Assembly (NCBI GenBank): GCA_044222475.1
Contig: JBGANF010000070.1
Location: 1 to 40,274 of the forward strand
From: Polyangiaceae bacterium
GTDB lineage: Bacteria > Myxococcota_A > Polyangia > Polyangiales > Polyangiaceae
Length of the DNA: 40,274 nt
Direction: 5' to 3'
The notes under the pieces were generated by a model that was not told the DNA's origin, searched no databases, and was given only the letters and a program-made list of their open reading frames with translations. Shown here one piece after another: positions 7,683 to 16,552 of this stretch (its first letter is position 1; every line of letters begins with the position of its first letter). A program made the translations under genes and the position numbers.

Positions 7683-10462
7683 GTATCGAAGGCGTCCTGC
7701 CGGAAGCCCTTCGCGACCTCGTGCGGCGGGACGTGGTTTCCGGGCACGCGCTTCACCGCGACGGCCGTCACCTTGTACTCGGGGCAGCGCGTGTTCGGGT
7801 CACTGTTGCCGCTGGTGAGGAGGTTCGTCTTCACCTCGGGGAAGTGGAACGAGAGGAAGACGTTCCCCGGCGCGACGCGCGTCGTCACGCGCGCGTACGA
7901 CTGGACCTTGCCGCGCGGGCTCGCGACCTCGACGAGGTCGCCGTCCACGACCGCGAGCGCTGCCGCGTCGTCGGGGTGGATCTCCACCATGTCGAGCGGC
8001 TGGAGATCGACGTTGTGCGTGCGCCGCGTCTGCGTCCCCGAGTTGTAGTGCGCGAGCTGGCGCCCGGTCACCAGGATGAACGGGTACTCCGCGCTCGCCG
8101 ACTCGCCCGGCGGCTCCCAATCGACGGGGAACAGCACGCCGCGGCCGCTCGTCGTCTGGAACTTCTCGCGGAAGAGGATCGGCGTCCCGGGGTGGTCCTT
8201 CGTCGGCACCGGCCACTGGAGCCCGCGCTCCGCGTCGAGGCGTTGGTGCGAAATGCCGGCGAGTGTCGGGGTTAGCTCGGCGATCTCGTCCCAGACCTTC
8301 GCCGCGTCGGGGGTGCCCATGTCGTAGCCGAGTCGCGCCGACAGATCGAAGAGGATGTCGAGATCGCGCCGCGCGTTGCCGGGGGTGGGCACCGCTTCGC
8401 GCACGAGCTGCACGCGCCGCTCTGCGTTGGTGAACGTGCCGGTCTTCTCGAGGAAGCTCGAGCCCGGGAGCAGCACGTGGGCGAAGCGCGCGGTCACGTT
8501 CTCGAAGATGTCGTGGACGACGAGCAGCTCGAGGGACTTCAGGGCGTGCTCGACGTGTCCCACGTTGGGATCCGTCTGAGCGATGTCCTCGCCGAAGACG
8601 TACATCGCCTTGAGCGAGCCATCGATCGCGCGATCGAACATCTCGGGGATCATGAGCCCGCGTTCCTTGACGATCGGCCTTCCCCACCGCGCCTCGAACG
8701 CGGCGCGCACCGCGTCGTTCGCCATGGGCCGGTACATCGTGAGGTACGTCGGGAGCGCGCCCATGTCGCTCGAGCCCTGGACGTTGTTCTGCCCGCGGAG
8801 CGGGTTCGAGCCCGCGCCGGGCCGGCCGAAGTTGCCGGTGAGCAGCGCCAGGTTCGCGAGGCAGCGCACGCCAGAGACGCCCTGCGACTGCTCGGTGACG
8901 CCGAGGCCGTAGTGGATCGCGGCCGGCGGGGTGGTCGCGTAGAGGTGGGCTGCCTTCTCGATGAGGTCGGGGGCGACGCCGGTGATCCCGCTCACGTACT
9001 TGGGGTCGTACTTCGCGACGTGCGCGCGGTAGGCCTCGAAGCCTTCGGTCCGGGCGTCCACGAAGGCCTGATCGGCGAGCCCGTCGCGGACGATGACGTG
9101 GGCGAGCCCGTTGTAGAGCGCGACGTTCGTCCCGGGTGCGAGCTGCAGGAACACGTCGGCCATGGTGGCGAGCTCGATGCGCCGCGGGTCCGCGACGATG
9201 AGCTTGGCGCCACGGAGGACGGCCTCCTTCATGCGGGCGCCGACGACCGGGTGCCCTTCGGTCGGGTTGGCGCCGGTGAGGAAGATGCACGCAGCGACAT
9301 CGATGTCGGCGAACGAGTTGGTCCCGCCCGACTCGCCGAGCGAGCGGATGAGCCCGAGCGACGTGGGCGAGTGGCAGACGCGGGAGCAGTTGTCGATGTT
9401 GTTCGTCCCGATCGCCGCGCGCGTGAGCTTCTGGAGGATGTAGTTCTCCTCGTTGGTGCAGCGGCTGGAGCTGATCGCGGCGAACGCGTTCGGGCCGTGC
9501 GCCTTCACGATGGCCTTGATGCGATCGGCGACGTACTTCATCGCCTCGTCCCAAGTTGCCTCGCGCCAGGTCCCGTCGGTGCGGCGGAGGTGCGGCTGAG
9601 TCACCCGCTCGGGCGCGAGCGCGTACTGGTGGGCGAAGCGCCCCTTCACGCACGTGTGGCCGACGTTCGACGGACCCTCGGGGGTCGGATCGATCGCCAC
9701 GACCTTGGCGTCGCGGACGTGCACGTCGAGCGAGCAGCCGACGCCGCAGTAGGCGCAGGTGGTGGTCACGGTGCGGTCGATGGTCTCCTTCGAGCGAAAC
9801 GCCTCTTCGTCGAGGGCGCTCGTCGGGCAGGTGTTCACGCAGGCGCCGCACGAGACGCACGCGCTGTCGGTGAACGACGAGTCGATGCCGGCGGCGATCG
9901 TCGTGTCCCAGCCGCGGCCCTTGTACGTGAGCGCGAACGTGCCCTGGATCTCCTCGCACGCGCGCACGCACCGTCCGCAGACGATGCACTCCTCGAGGTT
10001 CACCTTGATGTACGGATGCCGGTCGTCGCGGGCGTAGGAGTGACGCGCGCCGGAGTAGCGGCTCTCGGCGAGGCCGAAGTGGGCCGCGACTTGGCGGAGC
10101 TCGTTTCGGTCCTCGCCTTCGCCGGTGTGGGGGCGCGCGAGCGCGTCCTTCGGGTAGTCGCTGAGGACGAGCTCGACGACGCTCTTCGCCACCCGCGTCG
10201 CGACCGGATCGCGCGTGTCGACGACCATGCCTTCGCGTACCGGAGTGGTACACGACGCGACGGGGCCGCGTGCCCCTTGGACGCCGACCATGCACACGCG
10301 GCAAGCGCCGAACGCGGCGAGGCGCGGGTCGTAGCAGAGCGTGGGGACGAAGATCTTCTCGCGCCGCGCGACGTCGAGGATCGTGGCGCGGTCGCTCGCT
10401 TGGACGACGCGCCCGTCGATCGTCAACGTGACGAGGCGGCGCTTTCCGTTTTGGCCGCTCAT
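7679..10462 (-). CDS. fdhF: Formate dehydrogenase alpha subunit (Mo/W-bisPGD, Cys-type, FdsA-like)
   Basis: N-terminal 2Fe-2S domain, two CxxCxxCxxxC motifs, CAYCGVGC, active-site NCSRVCH, LRGQNNVQG, C-terminal PEYK; ATG 10462 overlaps the upstream stop. Confidence 0.95.
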   Translation of the reverse strand: MSGQNGKRRLVTLTIDGRVVQASDRATILDVARREKIFVPTLCYDPRLAAFGACRVCMVGVQGARGPVASCTTPVREGMVVDTRDPVATRVAKSVVELVLSDYPKDALARPHTGEGEDRNELRQVAAHFGLAESRYSGARHSYARDDRHPYIKVNLEECIVCGRCVRACEEIQGTFALTYKGRGWDTTIAAGIDSSFTDSACVSCGACVNTCPTSALDEEAFRSKETIDRTVTTTCAYCGVGCSLDVHVRDAKVVAIDPTPEGPSNVGHTCVKGRFAHQYALAPERVTQPHLRRTDGTWREATWDEAMKYVADRIKAIVKAHGPNAFAAISSSRCTNEENYILQKLTRAAIGTNNIDNCSRVCHSPTSLGLIRSLGESGGTNSFADIDVAACIFLTGANPTEGHPVVGARMKEAVLRGAKLIVADPRRIELATMADVFLQLAPGTNVALYNGLAHVIVRDGLADQAFVDARTEGFEAYRAHVAKYDPKYVSGITGVAPDLIEKAAHLYATTPPAAIHYGLGVTEQSQGVSGVRCLANLALLTGNFGRPGAGSNPLRGQNNVQGSSDMGALPTYLTMYRPMANDAVRAAFEARWGRPIVKERGLMIPEMFDRAIDGSLKAMYVFGEDIAQTDPNVGHVEHALKSLELLVVHDIFENVTARFAHVLLPGSSFLEKTGTFTNAERRVQLVREAVPTPGNARRDLDILFDLSARLGYDMGTPDAAKVWDEIAELTPTLAGISHQRLDAERGLQWPVPTKDHPGTPILFREKFQTTSGRGVLFPVDWEPPGESASAEYPFILVTGRQLAHYNSGTQTRRTHNVDLQPLDMVEIHPDDAAALAVVDGDLVEVASPRGKVQSYARVTTRVAPGNVFLSFHFPEVKTNLLTSGNSDPNTRCPEYKVTAVAVKRVPGNHVPPHEVAKGFRQDAFDT

Positions 10463-12240
10463 TCGAGACCTCCGCCCATCTGGTTCCCGAAGTGGGTCAG
10501 CAAGCTGTCGATCGGATCGGGGATCGCGCCGCCGTGCGCGCAGAGCGACCCGAGGCGGAGCGTCTCGAGGAGCTCGCGCAGGAGCGCGACGTCGGCGTCG
10601 GCCGGTCCTCGCGGTCGGCTGGTCTTCAATCGCTTCGCGATCTCCAGGCCGCGGCGACCGCCGATGCGGCAGGGGAAGCACTTCCCGCACGACTCGGCGT
10701 CGCAGAACTCGAACAGGTGGACGGCGATGTCGCGCACGTCGACGGTGTCGTCCCAGGCGACGATGCCGCCGTGACCGAGGAGAGCCTTCACGGCGGTGAG
10801 CTCCTCGAAGCCGAGGGGAACGTCGAGGGCGTTGCCGGGGAGGATGCCGCCGAGCGGGCCGCCGATCTGCACCGCCTTGATGGGCCGCCCGCCGCGGAGG
10901 CCGCCGCCGATCTCGAGGAGGATCTTGGCGAGCGACATGCCCATCGGGACCTCGTACATGCCCGGGCGAACGAAGCGCTCGTTGAGTGATACCGCTTTGG
11001 TACCGCGGCTCTTGCCGACGCCGATCGCGCCGTACGCGGCGCCGCCGTGGCGCATGATCCAGCCGAGGTTGGCGAGCGTCTCGACGTTGTTCACGACCGT
11101 CGGCTGATCGAAGAGTCCCTTCTCCGCCGGGTAGGGCGGGCGCGCGGTGACCATCCCGCGGAGGCCCTCGAGCGAGCGGAGCAGCGCGGTCTCTTCCCCG
11201 CAGACGTAGGAGCCCGCGCCCTCGACGATCTCGACGTCGAACGGTTTGCCCGAGCCGAGCATCGACGGACCGAAGATGCCCGCGGCGCGCGCGGCTTCGA
11301 CGGCCTTGCGCAGCGCCGGGGCCGACCGCGGGTATTCGCTGCGCACGTACACGAACCCGCGCGTGGCGCCGATGGCGAGACCCGTGATCGCGAGGCCTTC
11401 CAGCAGCGCGAAGGGATCCTTCTCCATGAGGTACTTGTCGATGTACGAGCCGGGGTCGCCCTCGTCAGCGTTGGCGACGACGAACGCCTTGCCCGCCGCT
11501 TTCGCGGAGCTCGCGGCGAATCGCCACTTCTGCGCCGTCGCGAACCCGGCGCCACCGCGGCCGCGCAGGCCGGATGCTTCGACCTCGGAGAGGATGCGCG
11601 CGCCGTCCCACTCGCGGAGCACCTTCGCGAGGCCTTCGAACACGCCGTGCTTGCGCGCGACGTCGAGGTTCGTGCCGTCGACGCCGGCGGCGAGGCGTTC
11701 GAGGACGATGGCCGGTCCGCCGTGCACCTCGAAGCGCGGGACGAGCGCGTCGTGCGCTTCGGGGATGCCGCCGCCGCCCGTGAGATCCTTCGCGAGTGCT
11801 TTGGCGCGGGCGGGCGTGAGCTCGCCGTAGATCTTCCCTTCGACCTCGACGGTGGGGCCGGCGTTGCAGAACCCGAGGCAGTACACGGTCTCGAGCGAGA
11901 CCTCACCGTCGTCGCTGGTGGCGCCGACGCCGATCCCCAGCGCCTCGCTCATCCAGTTCACCGATTCGTCGCCGCAGGTCGCGAAGCATGCCGTGCCCTT
12001 GCAGACCTTCACGCGCTTCTTTCCCCGGCGCGACATGCCGAGGTCGCCGTAGTAGGTCGCGACGCCGTGCACGGCGGCTTCGGGCTGGCCGGTGGCCTTC
12101 GCGATGGCGGCGATGTCGGCGTCGGTGATCACGCGACGCTCGTGCATCACCTCCTTCAGCATCTGAAGGGGCGTGTGGGCGACGTCCTCGGGCTTGCGGT
12201 CGCCCTTGTGGCGTCGCAGCTGGATCAGGTTTCGTGACAA
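10459..12240 (-). CDS. Fused NuoE/NuoF-like (FdsG-FdsB) diaphorase subunit of NAD-dependent formate dehydrogenase
   Basis: CKGTAC...CLGFC 2Fe-2S domain followed by GLRGRGGAGF, NADEGDPG, YVCGEETAL and ESCGKCFPCR. Confidence 0.92.
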   Translation of the reverse strand: MSRNLIQLRRHKGDRKPEDVAHTPLQMLKEVMHERRVITDADIAAIAKATGQPEAAVHGVATYYGDLGMSRRGKKRVKVCKGTACFATCGDESVNWMSEALGIGVGATSDDGEVSLETVYCLGFCNAGPTVEVEGKIYGELTPARAKALAKDLTGGGGIPEAHDALVPRFEVHGGPAIVLERLAAGVDGTNLDVARKHGVFEGLAKVLREWDGARILSEVEASGLRGRGGAGFATAQKWRFAASSAKAAGKAFVVANADEGDPGSYIDKYLMEKDPFALLEGLAITGLAIGATRGFVYVRSEYPRSAPALRKAVEAARAAGIFGPSMLGSGKPFDVEIVEGAGSYVCGEETALLRSLEGLRGMVTARPPYPAEKGLFDQPTVVNNVETLANLGWIMRHGGAAYGAIGVGKSRGTKAVSLNERFVRPGMYEVPMGMSLAKILLEIGGGLRGGRPIKAVQIGGPLGGILPGNALDVPLGFEELTAVKALLGHGGIVAWDDTVDVRDIAVHLFEFCDAESCGKCFPCRIGGRRGLEIAKRLKTSRPRGPADADVALLRELLETLRLGSLCAHGGAIPDPIDSLLTHFGNQMGGGLE

Positions 12241-12273
12241 GGCGACCTCGTTCGCTCGATCCTAGCGCGCTAC

Positions 12274-12288
12274 GCGACGCCCATGCCA
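12274..12288 (-). promoter_or_regulatory. Candidate sigma54 (-24/-12) promoter for the formate dehydrogenase operon
   Basis: Minus strand TGGCAT-GGGCG-TCGC with correct GG/GC spacing, about 34 nt upstream of the start. Confidence 0.45.
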
Positions 12289-12301
12289 TGGTAGTTGCAA
12301 G

Positions 12302-12856
12302 ATGCAGCGAGCCGTGGTGGCCGGAATCTTCGTAGGCGGGTCCGGGACCCGCATGGGCGGACGCCGCAAGGACCTATTGCGCACTGCGTCGGGGGAGACG
12401 TTGCGCGATCGGTGGGTGCGGCTCTTCACCGAGGCGGGGATTCCGTGGGTGTTCGTCGGTGGTGGCGAGCCGGGGGCGCTCGCTGACGAAGGAGTGGCCG
12501 CCGGTCCGCTCGGAGGTCTCGCGGCGCTCCTGGCGCACGCCGGCGATCGGCGCGCCGTCTCGGTGGCCTGCGACATGCCCTTCGTGTCGCGTGAGCTGCT
12601 CGAGCGACTCGTGGCCGCACCGGTCGCGCCGGTGGTGGCGCCGAGGCGCGACGGGCGGTGGGAGCCGTTCTTTGCGGTGTGGGATTCGCGGACGGCGCTG
12701 CCGATCGTTCGCGCTCGCCTCGCGGCGGCGCAGCTCTCGCTCCAAGGGGCTCTCGACGCGCTCGGCGCGACGGAGCTGCCGACGAGCGATGACGAGGCCG
12801 CGCTGCTGTTCGATTGGGACACGCCCGAGGACGTGGACTCGCGGCGAGGCGGCTAG
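12302..12856 (+). CDS. mobA: Molybdenum cofactor guanylyltransferase
   Basis: GG.GTRMGG..K, GPLGGL, ACDMPF, EP and D/N.DTPED motifs; adjacent to the FDH genes. Confidence 0.88.
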   Translation: MQRAVVAGIFVGGSGTRMGGRRKDLLRTASGETLRDRWVRLFTEAGIPWVFVGGGEPGALADEGVAAGPLGGLAALLAHAGDRRAVSVACDMPFVSRELLERLVAAPVAPVVAPRRDGRWEPFFAVWDSRTALPIVRARLAAAQLSLQGALDALGATELPTSDDEAALLFDWDTPEDVDSRRGG

Positions 12857-13158
12857 ACGCCGAGGGCAGCCGAGATGCGCTTGACCATCGCGGATTCGAG
12901 CGGGGAGAGGCGACCGTCGCTGCTCGCCGCGTCGACGAGCTGACTGACGAGGTCGGACTTTTCTTCCTTGGAGAGTCCGGAGAGCGCCGCCTCGGCTTCG
13001 TCCCAGCCTTCGAGGTCGAGGATGCGCCGGCGCTCGTCGGGAGTGACGGCCAGCTTCTTCATCGCGCTTTCGAGGAACGCGCGCTCGTTCTCCGTCATGA
13101 TCCCGTCGGCAGCGAGCACCTTGCTGATCAGAAGACACTTGGCGATCCGTCCGTCCAT
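12853..13158 (-). CDS. TerB-like (tellurite resistance family) small protein
   Basis: Paired ADG..TENE and SDG.LSPLE metal-site motifs in a helical 101-aa protein. Confidence 0.75.
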   Translation of the reverse strand: MDGRIAKCLLISKVLAADGIMTENERAFLESAMKKLAVTPDERRRILDLEGWDEAEAALSGLSKEEKSDLVSQLVDAASSDGRLSPLESAMVKRISAALGV

Positions 13159-13195
13159 GTCATCGACCTTATCAAGAAGCGGTACCCTTCAGGGG

Positions 13196-14482
13196 ATGAC
13201 GACGACGCTATCCGCGAACGAAGTTCGGAAGACGCTGGATTCCCTCGAAGCGGGCCAACAAGCGTTCGCGAAGCGCTACCCCGGCGACGGTGCGAAACGG
13301 CAGCCGGTGCACACCGTGTACGGCGGCGGTCACCTCTTCAAGGCCGACACGGCGGTCAAGCTCGGGAAGCTCGCCAAGAAGTCGCTCGCCGAGCATGCGC
13401 CGGACGCGCTCACGTTCGCGAGTGCCATCGGGCTGCCGGAGGCCGCGGCCGGCATCGTGTACGAGAGAACGCTGGCGAAGCTGGACCGCGAGCCGGTGGA
13501 GGACTACCGGATCGACTTCGAGGACGGCTATGGCAGTCGGCCCGACGCCGAAGAGGACGGCCACGTCGAGCTCGCGGCGGCGGAGCTTGCGAAGGGCGCG
13601 AAGGCGGGCTCGCTGCCGCCTTTCGTGGGCGTTCGAGTGAAGCCGTTCACCCGAGAGCTCGCGGCGCGGAGCGTGCGAACGTTGGATCTCTTCCTGACGA
13701 CGCTCGCCACCGAGATGGGTGGCGGGTTGCCGCCGGGGTTCGTGGTGACGTTTCCCAAGGTCCAGTTTCCGGAGCAGCTCCGGGCGTTCGTCGCTGCGCT
13801 CGGCGTGTTGGAAGCACGGTTGGGTCTCCCCACCGTGCCGATCGAGATCATGGTCGAGCAGACGCAGACGATCTTCGGTGCGGACGGTCGAAGCATGCTG
13901 CCGCTCTTGCATGACGCGGCCGATGGTCGCCTCGTCGGAGCCCATTTTGGGACATACGACTACACGGCGAGTTGCGGCATCACGGCAGCCCATCAGCACA
14001 TGACGCACTCCGCGTGCGACTTCGCGCGGCACATGATGCAGGTGGCGTTCGGCGGCACCGGAGTCTTTCTATCCGATGGGGCGACGAACGTGATGCCGGT
14101 GGGAGCGCGGGAGGCAGTGCATCGCGCGTGGCGGTTGCACTCGGAGCACGTGCGGCACTCGCTCGCGCACGGATGGTACCAGGGGTGGGATTTGCACCCG
14201 GCGCAGCTGCCGACGCGCTACGCGGCGGTCATCGCGTTCTTCCTCGATGGGTTGCCCGCGGCGACGGAGCGGCTGAGGAACTTCGTCGAGAAGGCGGCGC
14301 GGGCGACGCTGGTCGGGGACGTCTTCGACGACGCGGCGACGGGTCAGGGACTGCTGAACTTCTTTCTCCGGGGGCTTGCGTGCGGCGCGCTGACCGAGGC
14401 CGAGGCGCTCGCGACGGGCCTCACGATCGACGAGTACCGTTCCCGGAGCTTCGCGCGAATCCTGGAGAACCGAAGGCGCTGA
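13196..14482 (+). CDS. HpcH/CitE-like TIM-barrel aldolase/lyase (DUF6986-type)
   Basis: RQPVHTVYGG, RIDFEDGYG, HFGTYDY, LSDGATN and QGWDLHPAQL motifs. Confidence 0.8.
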   Translation: MTTTLSANEVRKTLDSLEAGQQAFAKRYPGDGAKRQPVHTVYGGGHLFKADTAVKLGKLAKKSLAEHAPDALTFASAIGLPEAAAGIVYERTLAKLDREPVEDYRIDFEDGYGSRPDAEEDGHVELAAAELAKGAKAGSLPPFVGVRVKPFTRELAARSVRTLDLFLTTLATEMGGGLPPGFVVTFPKVQFPEQLRAFVAALGVLEARLGLPTVPIEIMVEQTQTIFGADGRSMLPLLHDAADGRLVGAHFGTYDYTASCGITAAHQHMTHSACDFARHMMQVAFGGTGVFLSDGATNVMPVGAREAVHRAWRLHSEHVRHSLAHGWYQGWDLHPAQLPTRYAAVIAFFLDGLPAATERLRNFVEKAARATLVGDVFDDAATGQGLLNFFLRGLACGALTEAEALATGLTIDEYRSRSFARILENRRR

Positions 14483-14499
14483 GGGCCATGGAAAGCGGT

Positions 14500-14932
14500 C
14501 GGAAAACGAGAAGCGCCCGGTGCAAAAATCGCGAACGGTGCGTCTCGCCCTACCGGGCGCTTCCGGTTTTTGAGGTCACGAACAGAGAAGCCCTGGCTCG
14601 TTGCGAGCAAATGTTTAACGCGGCCCCCGTCATTTCGGTGGCCAGGCCCCGCGCCCTCCGCGTTCTCCCAACCGGCGGTTCACAGACTTCAGTGTCGGCT
14701 CGAGACGATGCTCGGTCCGCGAGACGCACGACCCCGTTTCGAACACACGTGGTGCGTTCGTGCCGCCTCTTCCACCTCGGTCCACCACCCGCCGTTGCTT
14801 GCACTCCGCTCTGTCCCTGATGGGCTCCACGATGGAACCCAACGCAAGCGCCTTTAGTCTTTGTGTGGCTTTTGAAAAATCGTCGCACCCAGGCCGCGCG
14901 CTCGCGCGAGACTCGCGCGGCACGGGTGCTGA
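14500..14932 (-). ncRNA. Candidate sigma54-dependent structured RNA (approximate boundaries)
   Basis: No credible ORF; several stems between a sigma54 site and a terminator-like hairpin. Confidence 0.4.
14503..14571. terminator. Long-loop hairpin flanked by A/T runs; possible bidirectional terminator
   Basis: GAAGCGCCCGGT...ACCGGGCGCTTC 12-bp stem with AAAA on the left and TTTTT on the right. Confidence 0.5.
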
Positions 14933-14942
14933 CCGAACACAT

Positions 14943-14958
14943 TGCAGAACTGGTGCCA
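14943..14958 (-). promoter_or_regulatory. sigma54 (-24/-12) promoter directed leftward into the non-coding region
   Basis: Minus strand TGGCAC-CAGTT-CTGCA, one mismatch to TGGCAC-N5-TTGCA. Confidence 0.65.
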
Positions 14959-15039
14959 AACACCAGGCAGCCGAAACATCGAGGATCCCGAGCGCGCAGA
15001 GGTGGCGCGCTCCACTCGCGCCATGGCGCGCTGCCAGCG

Positions 15040-15696
15040 TCAGGCGAGCTGCGCGCGCAGGAACTCGACCGTCCGGTCCCACGCGGCGCTCGCCGAAGCC
15101 GGATGAAAGACCTTGGGGTCGCTCTCGCGCATGAACGCGTGCGGCCCGTCGTAGGGATGAATGACGACGGTCGCGCCAGCCTTCTTGGCGTCCGCCGCGA
15201 TGGCCTGGATCCGCTCGAGCGATGCCCACGCGTCGTCCTTCGAGTAGTGGCCCATGATCGGCGGCGTCGTCGCGCTGAAGCGCAGAAAGTCGGCCTTCGG
15301 GATGCCATAGAACGGCACGGCCGCCGCGATCCCATCGACGGTACACGCCGCCGCCAGGGCCATCCCGCCCCCGAGACAGAACCCGGTGATCGCAACCTTC
15401 GCAGCGCCGTGCGCGTGGAGGTACTTCACCGCCTCGCCGATCGTCTGCATCGCCTCCGACGTCTTCATCTCGTTGGCGAGCGACGCCGCCTCGGCCTCGA
15501 CCTTCGTCGACTTCCCGCCGTACAGGTCGACCGCGAGCGCCGTGTAGCCTTCCTTCTGGAAGCGGCCGCACAGGCGGCGGATGTCGTCGTTGATGCCCCA
15601 CCACTCGTGGACCACGATCACGGCGGGGGCGGACTTGGGGCCTTCGAAGATCTCGGCCTTCGAGTTGCCGATGGAGATGGTGCTCATGGCGCGCAT
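15040..15696 (-). CDS. Dienelactone hydrolase family protein
   Basis: HEWWG, nucleophile motif GFCLGG, FYG and HAF; start 15696 (GGAGG upstream) or 15687. Confidence 0.92.
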   Translation of the reverse strand: MRAMSTISIGNSKAEIFEGPKSAPAVIVVHEWWGINDDIRRLCGRFQKEGYTALAVDLYGGKSTKVEAEAASLANEMKTSEAMQTIGEAVKYLHAHGAAKVAITGFCLGGGMALAAACTVDGIAAAVPFYGIPKADFLRFSATTPPIMGHYSKDDAWASLERIQAIAADAKKAGATVVIHPYDGPHAFMRESDPKVFHPASASAAWDRTVEFLRAQLA

Positions 15697-15736
15697 GGTA
15701 GCCTCCATCGCCGCCATCTGCGATGCTCGATCGCCG

Positions 15737-16552
15737 GTGGAATACGTCGTCGTCTACGTCGGGCTCGCCGTTCTCGGGCCGCTCTTCGCGCTGTTCGAAC
15801 GGCGCTCCCCGGCAACGCCGATCGCACGCACGAAGCGCGCGCGCTTCGTCGACCTCGCGTATTGGATCATCACTCCGCTCTTCACCGGCACCCTCGCGCG
15901 ACTGCTCCTGCTCGGGATCGTCGGCCTCGTCGGCCTCGCGGCCGGCTTCGGAACCGACGGCAACGCCTTCCTCGGCCGGATCGCGACGAAGCTTCCGTTC
16001 GCGAGCCTCCCCTTCCCCGCCGCGTTCGCCGTGGCCCTCCTCGTCGCCGACTTCTTCGGCTACGCGAGCCATCGCCTCCGCCACACCGTCGCGCTGTGGC
16101 GACTTCATGCCGTCCATCACGGAGCCGAAGAGCTCACCGCGCTCACCGCCGCGCGCCTCCACCCGCTCGACGAAGCGCTCGACACCATCCTGATCGGCGT
16201 CCCCGTGCTCCTCCTCGGCTTTCCGCTGACCGTCTACGCCGCGCTCGGCCCGTTCTTCATCCTCCACACGCTGCTCCTCCACGCGAACGTGACGTGGTCC
16301 TTCGGCCCGCTCGGCCGAGTCTTCGCCTCGCCGCGCTTCCATCGACGCCACCACGCGCGCGAGCTTCCGCCGGCGAACTTCGGCGGCGTGTTCGCGTTCT
16401 ACGACGTCCTCTTCGGGACCTTCGCGATGCCGACCGAAGACGTCGGCGTGTTCGGCGTGATCGAGCGCGACGTCCCGGAGACGGTCGTGGGTCAGCTCGT
16501 CTACCCCCTGCGCCGCCTCGCCGCCGCGATCCAACGCGGAGGCGCGTCATGA
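15737..16552 (+). CDS. Sterol desaturase / fatty acid hydroxylase family membrane diiron enzyme
   Basis: His boxes HRLRH, HAVHH and HRRHH plus RLHPLD, LHAN and NFG...D.LFGT. Confidence 0.9.
   Translation: MEYVVVYVGLAVLGPLFALFERRSPATPIARTKRARFVDLAYWIITPLFTGTLARLLLLGIVGLVGLAAGFGTDGNAFLGRIATKLPFASLPFPAAFAVALLVADFFGYASHRLRHTVALWRLHAVHHGAEELTALTAARLHPLDEALDTILIGVPVLLLGFPLTVYAALGPFFILHTLLLHANVTWSFGPLGRVFASPRFHRRHHARELPPANFGGVFAFYDVLFGTFAMPTEDVGVFGVIERDVPETVVGQLVYPLRRLAAAIQRGGAS

Noticed and set aside
9370..9395. Possible selenocysteine in formate dehydrogenase
   Set aside because: The active-site motif reads NCSRVCH with a normal Cys codon and no in-frame TGA
14490..15040. tRNA, tmRNA, RNase P or SRP RNA in the long intergenic region
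   Set aside because: No recognisable T-arm/CCA architecture, RNase P GGAAAGUC core or SRP loop; kept only as an unknown RNA candidate
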